Source: Octopus sinensis
Taxonomy: Eukaryota
Assembly (NCBI RefSeq): GCF_006345805.1
Contig: NC_042998.1
Coordinates: 52,390,001-52,454,000, forward strand
Direction: 5' to 3'
Length of the DNA stretch: 64,000 bases
Positions 63,937 to 64,000 of this stretch are shown here, one piece after another (positions within the stretch are counted from its first letter, which is position 1; every line of letters begins with the position of its first letter). The translations under genes were made by a program, and so were the position numbers. The notes under the pieces were generated by a model. The model ran no database searches. It was not told the DNA's origin and saw only the letters and a list, made by a program, of their open reading frames with translations.

Positions 63937-64000
63937 CTCCATACTAGCATCAAGAGGAACACAAGAAATCTTCATATCAAGGAAGCTGTTTTGATCCACC

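Overview
AT-rich eukaryotic DNA, dense in microsatellites and retroposons. The tRNA-headed SINE families, RTE LINEs, (CAT)n/(TA)n/(CA)n load and TTAA-bounded MITEs point to a coleoid cephalopod, most likely Octopus (inference, not verified by search). Most ORF-track entries are microsatellite or repeat artefacts. Real content: (i) the last five phase-compatible coding exons of an unidentified minus-strand gene (3203 to 721), with further unlinked candidate exons and a possible promoter near 50.6 kb; (ii) three abundant SINE families plus RTE, CRE-like and R4-like LINE remnants; (iii) mariner, Tc1, hAT, MULE, piggyBac-like and Helitron DNA elements, several with intact TIRs/TSDs; (iv) a retroposed 5S rRNA pseudogene. 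The most striking signal is a set of mutually unrelated, non-coding, (TA)n-flanked inverted-repeat elements (17.9-18.2, 34.8-35.7, 55.8-57.0 kb), each carrying a minimal type-I hammerhead ribozyme on both strands with a self-complementary stem III, as described for Penelope-like pLTRs and retrozymes. One of them shows a circularly permuted 480-bp monomer. There is also a decayed solo hammerhead (53.5 kb) and a fourth fold-back element with hammerhead-like topology but a non-canonical core (40.0-40.6 kb). An RTE insertion at 19.5-20.5 kb shows a 5' inversion (twin-priming-like) with an 11-bp TSD. All coordinates were read by eye; repeat boundaries are approximate unless a TSD or TIR is given.
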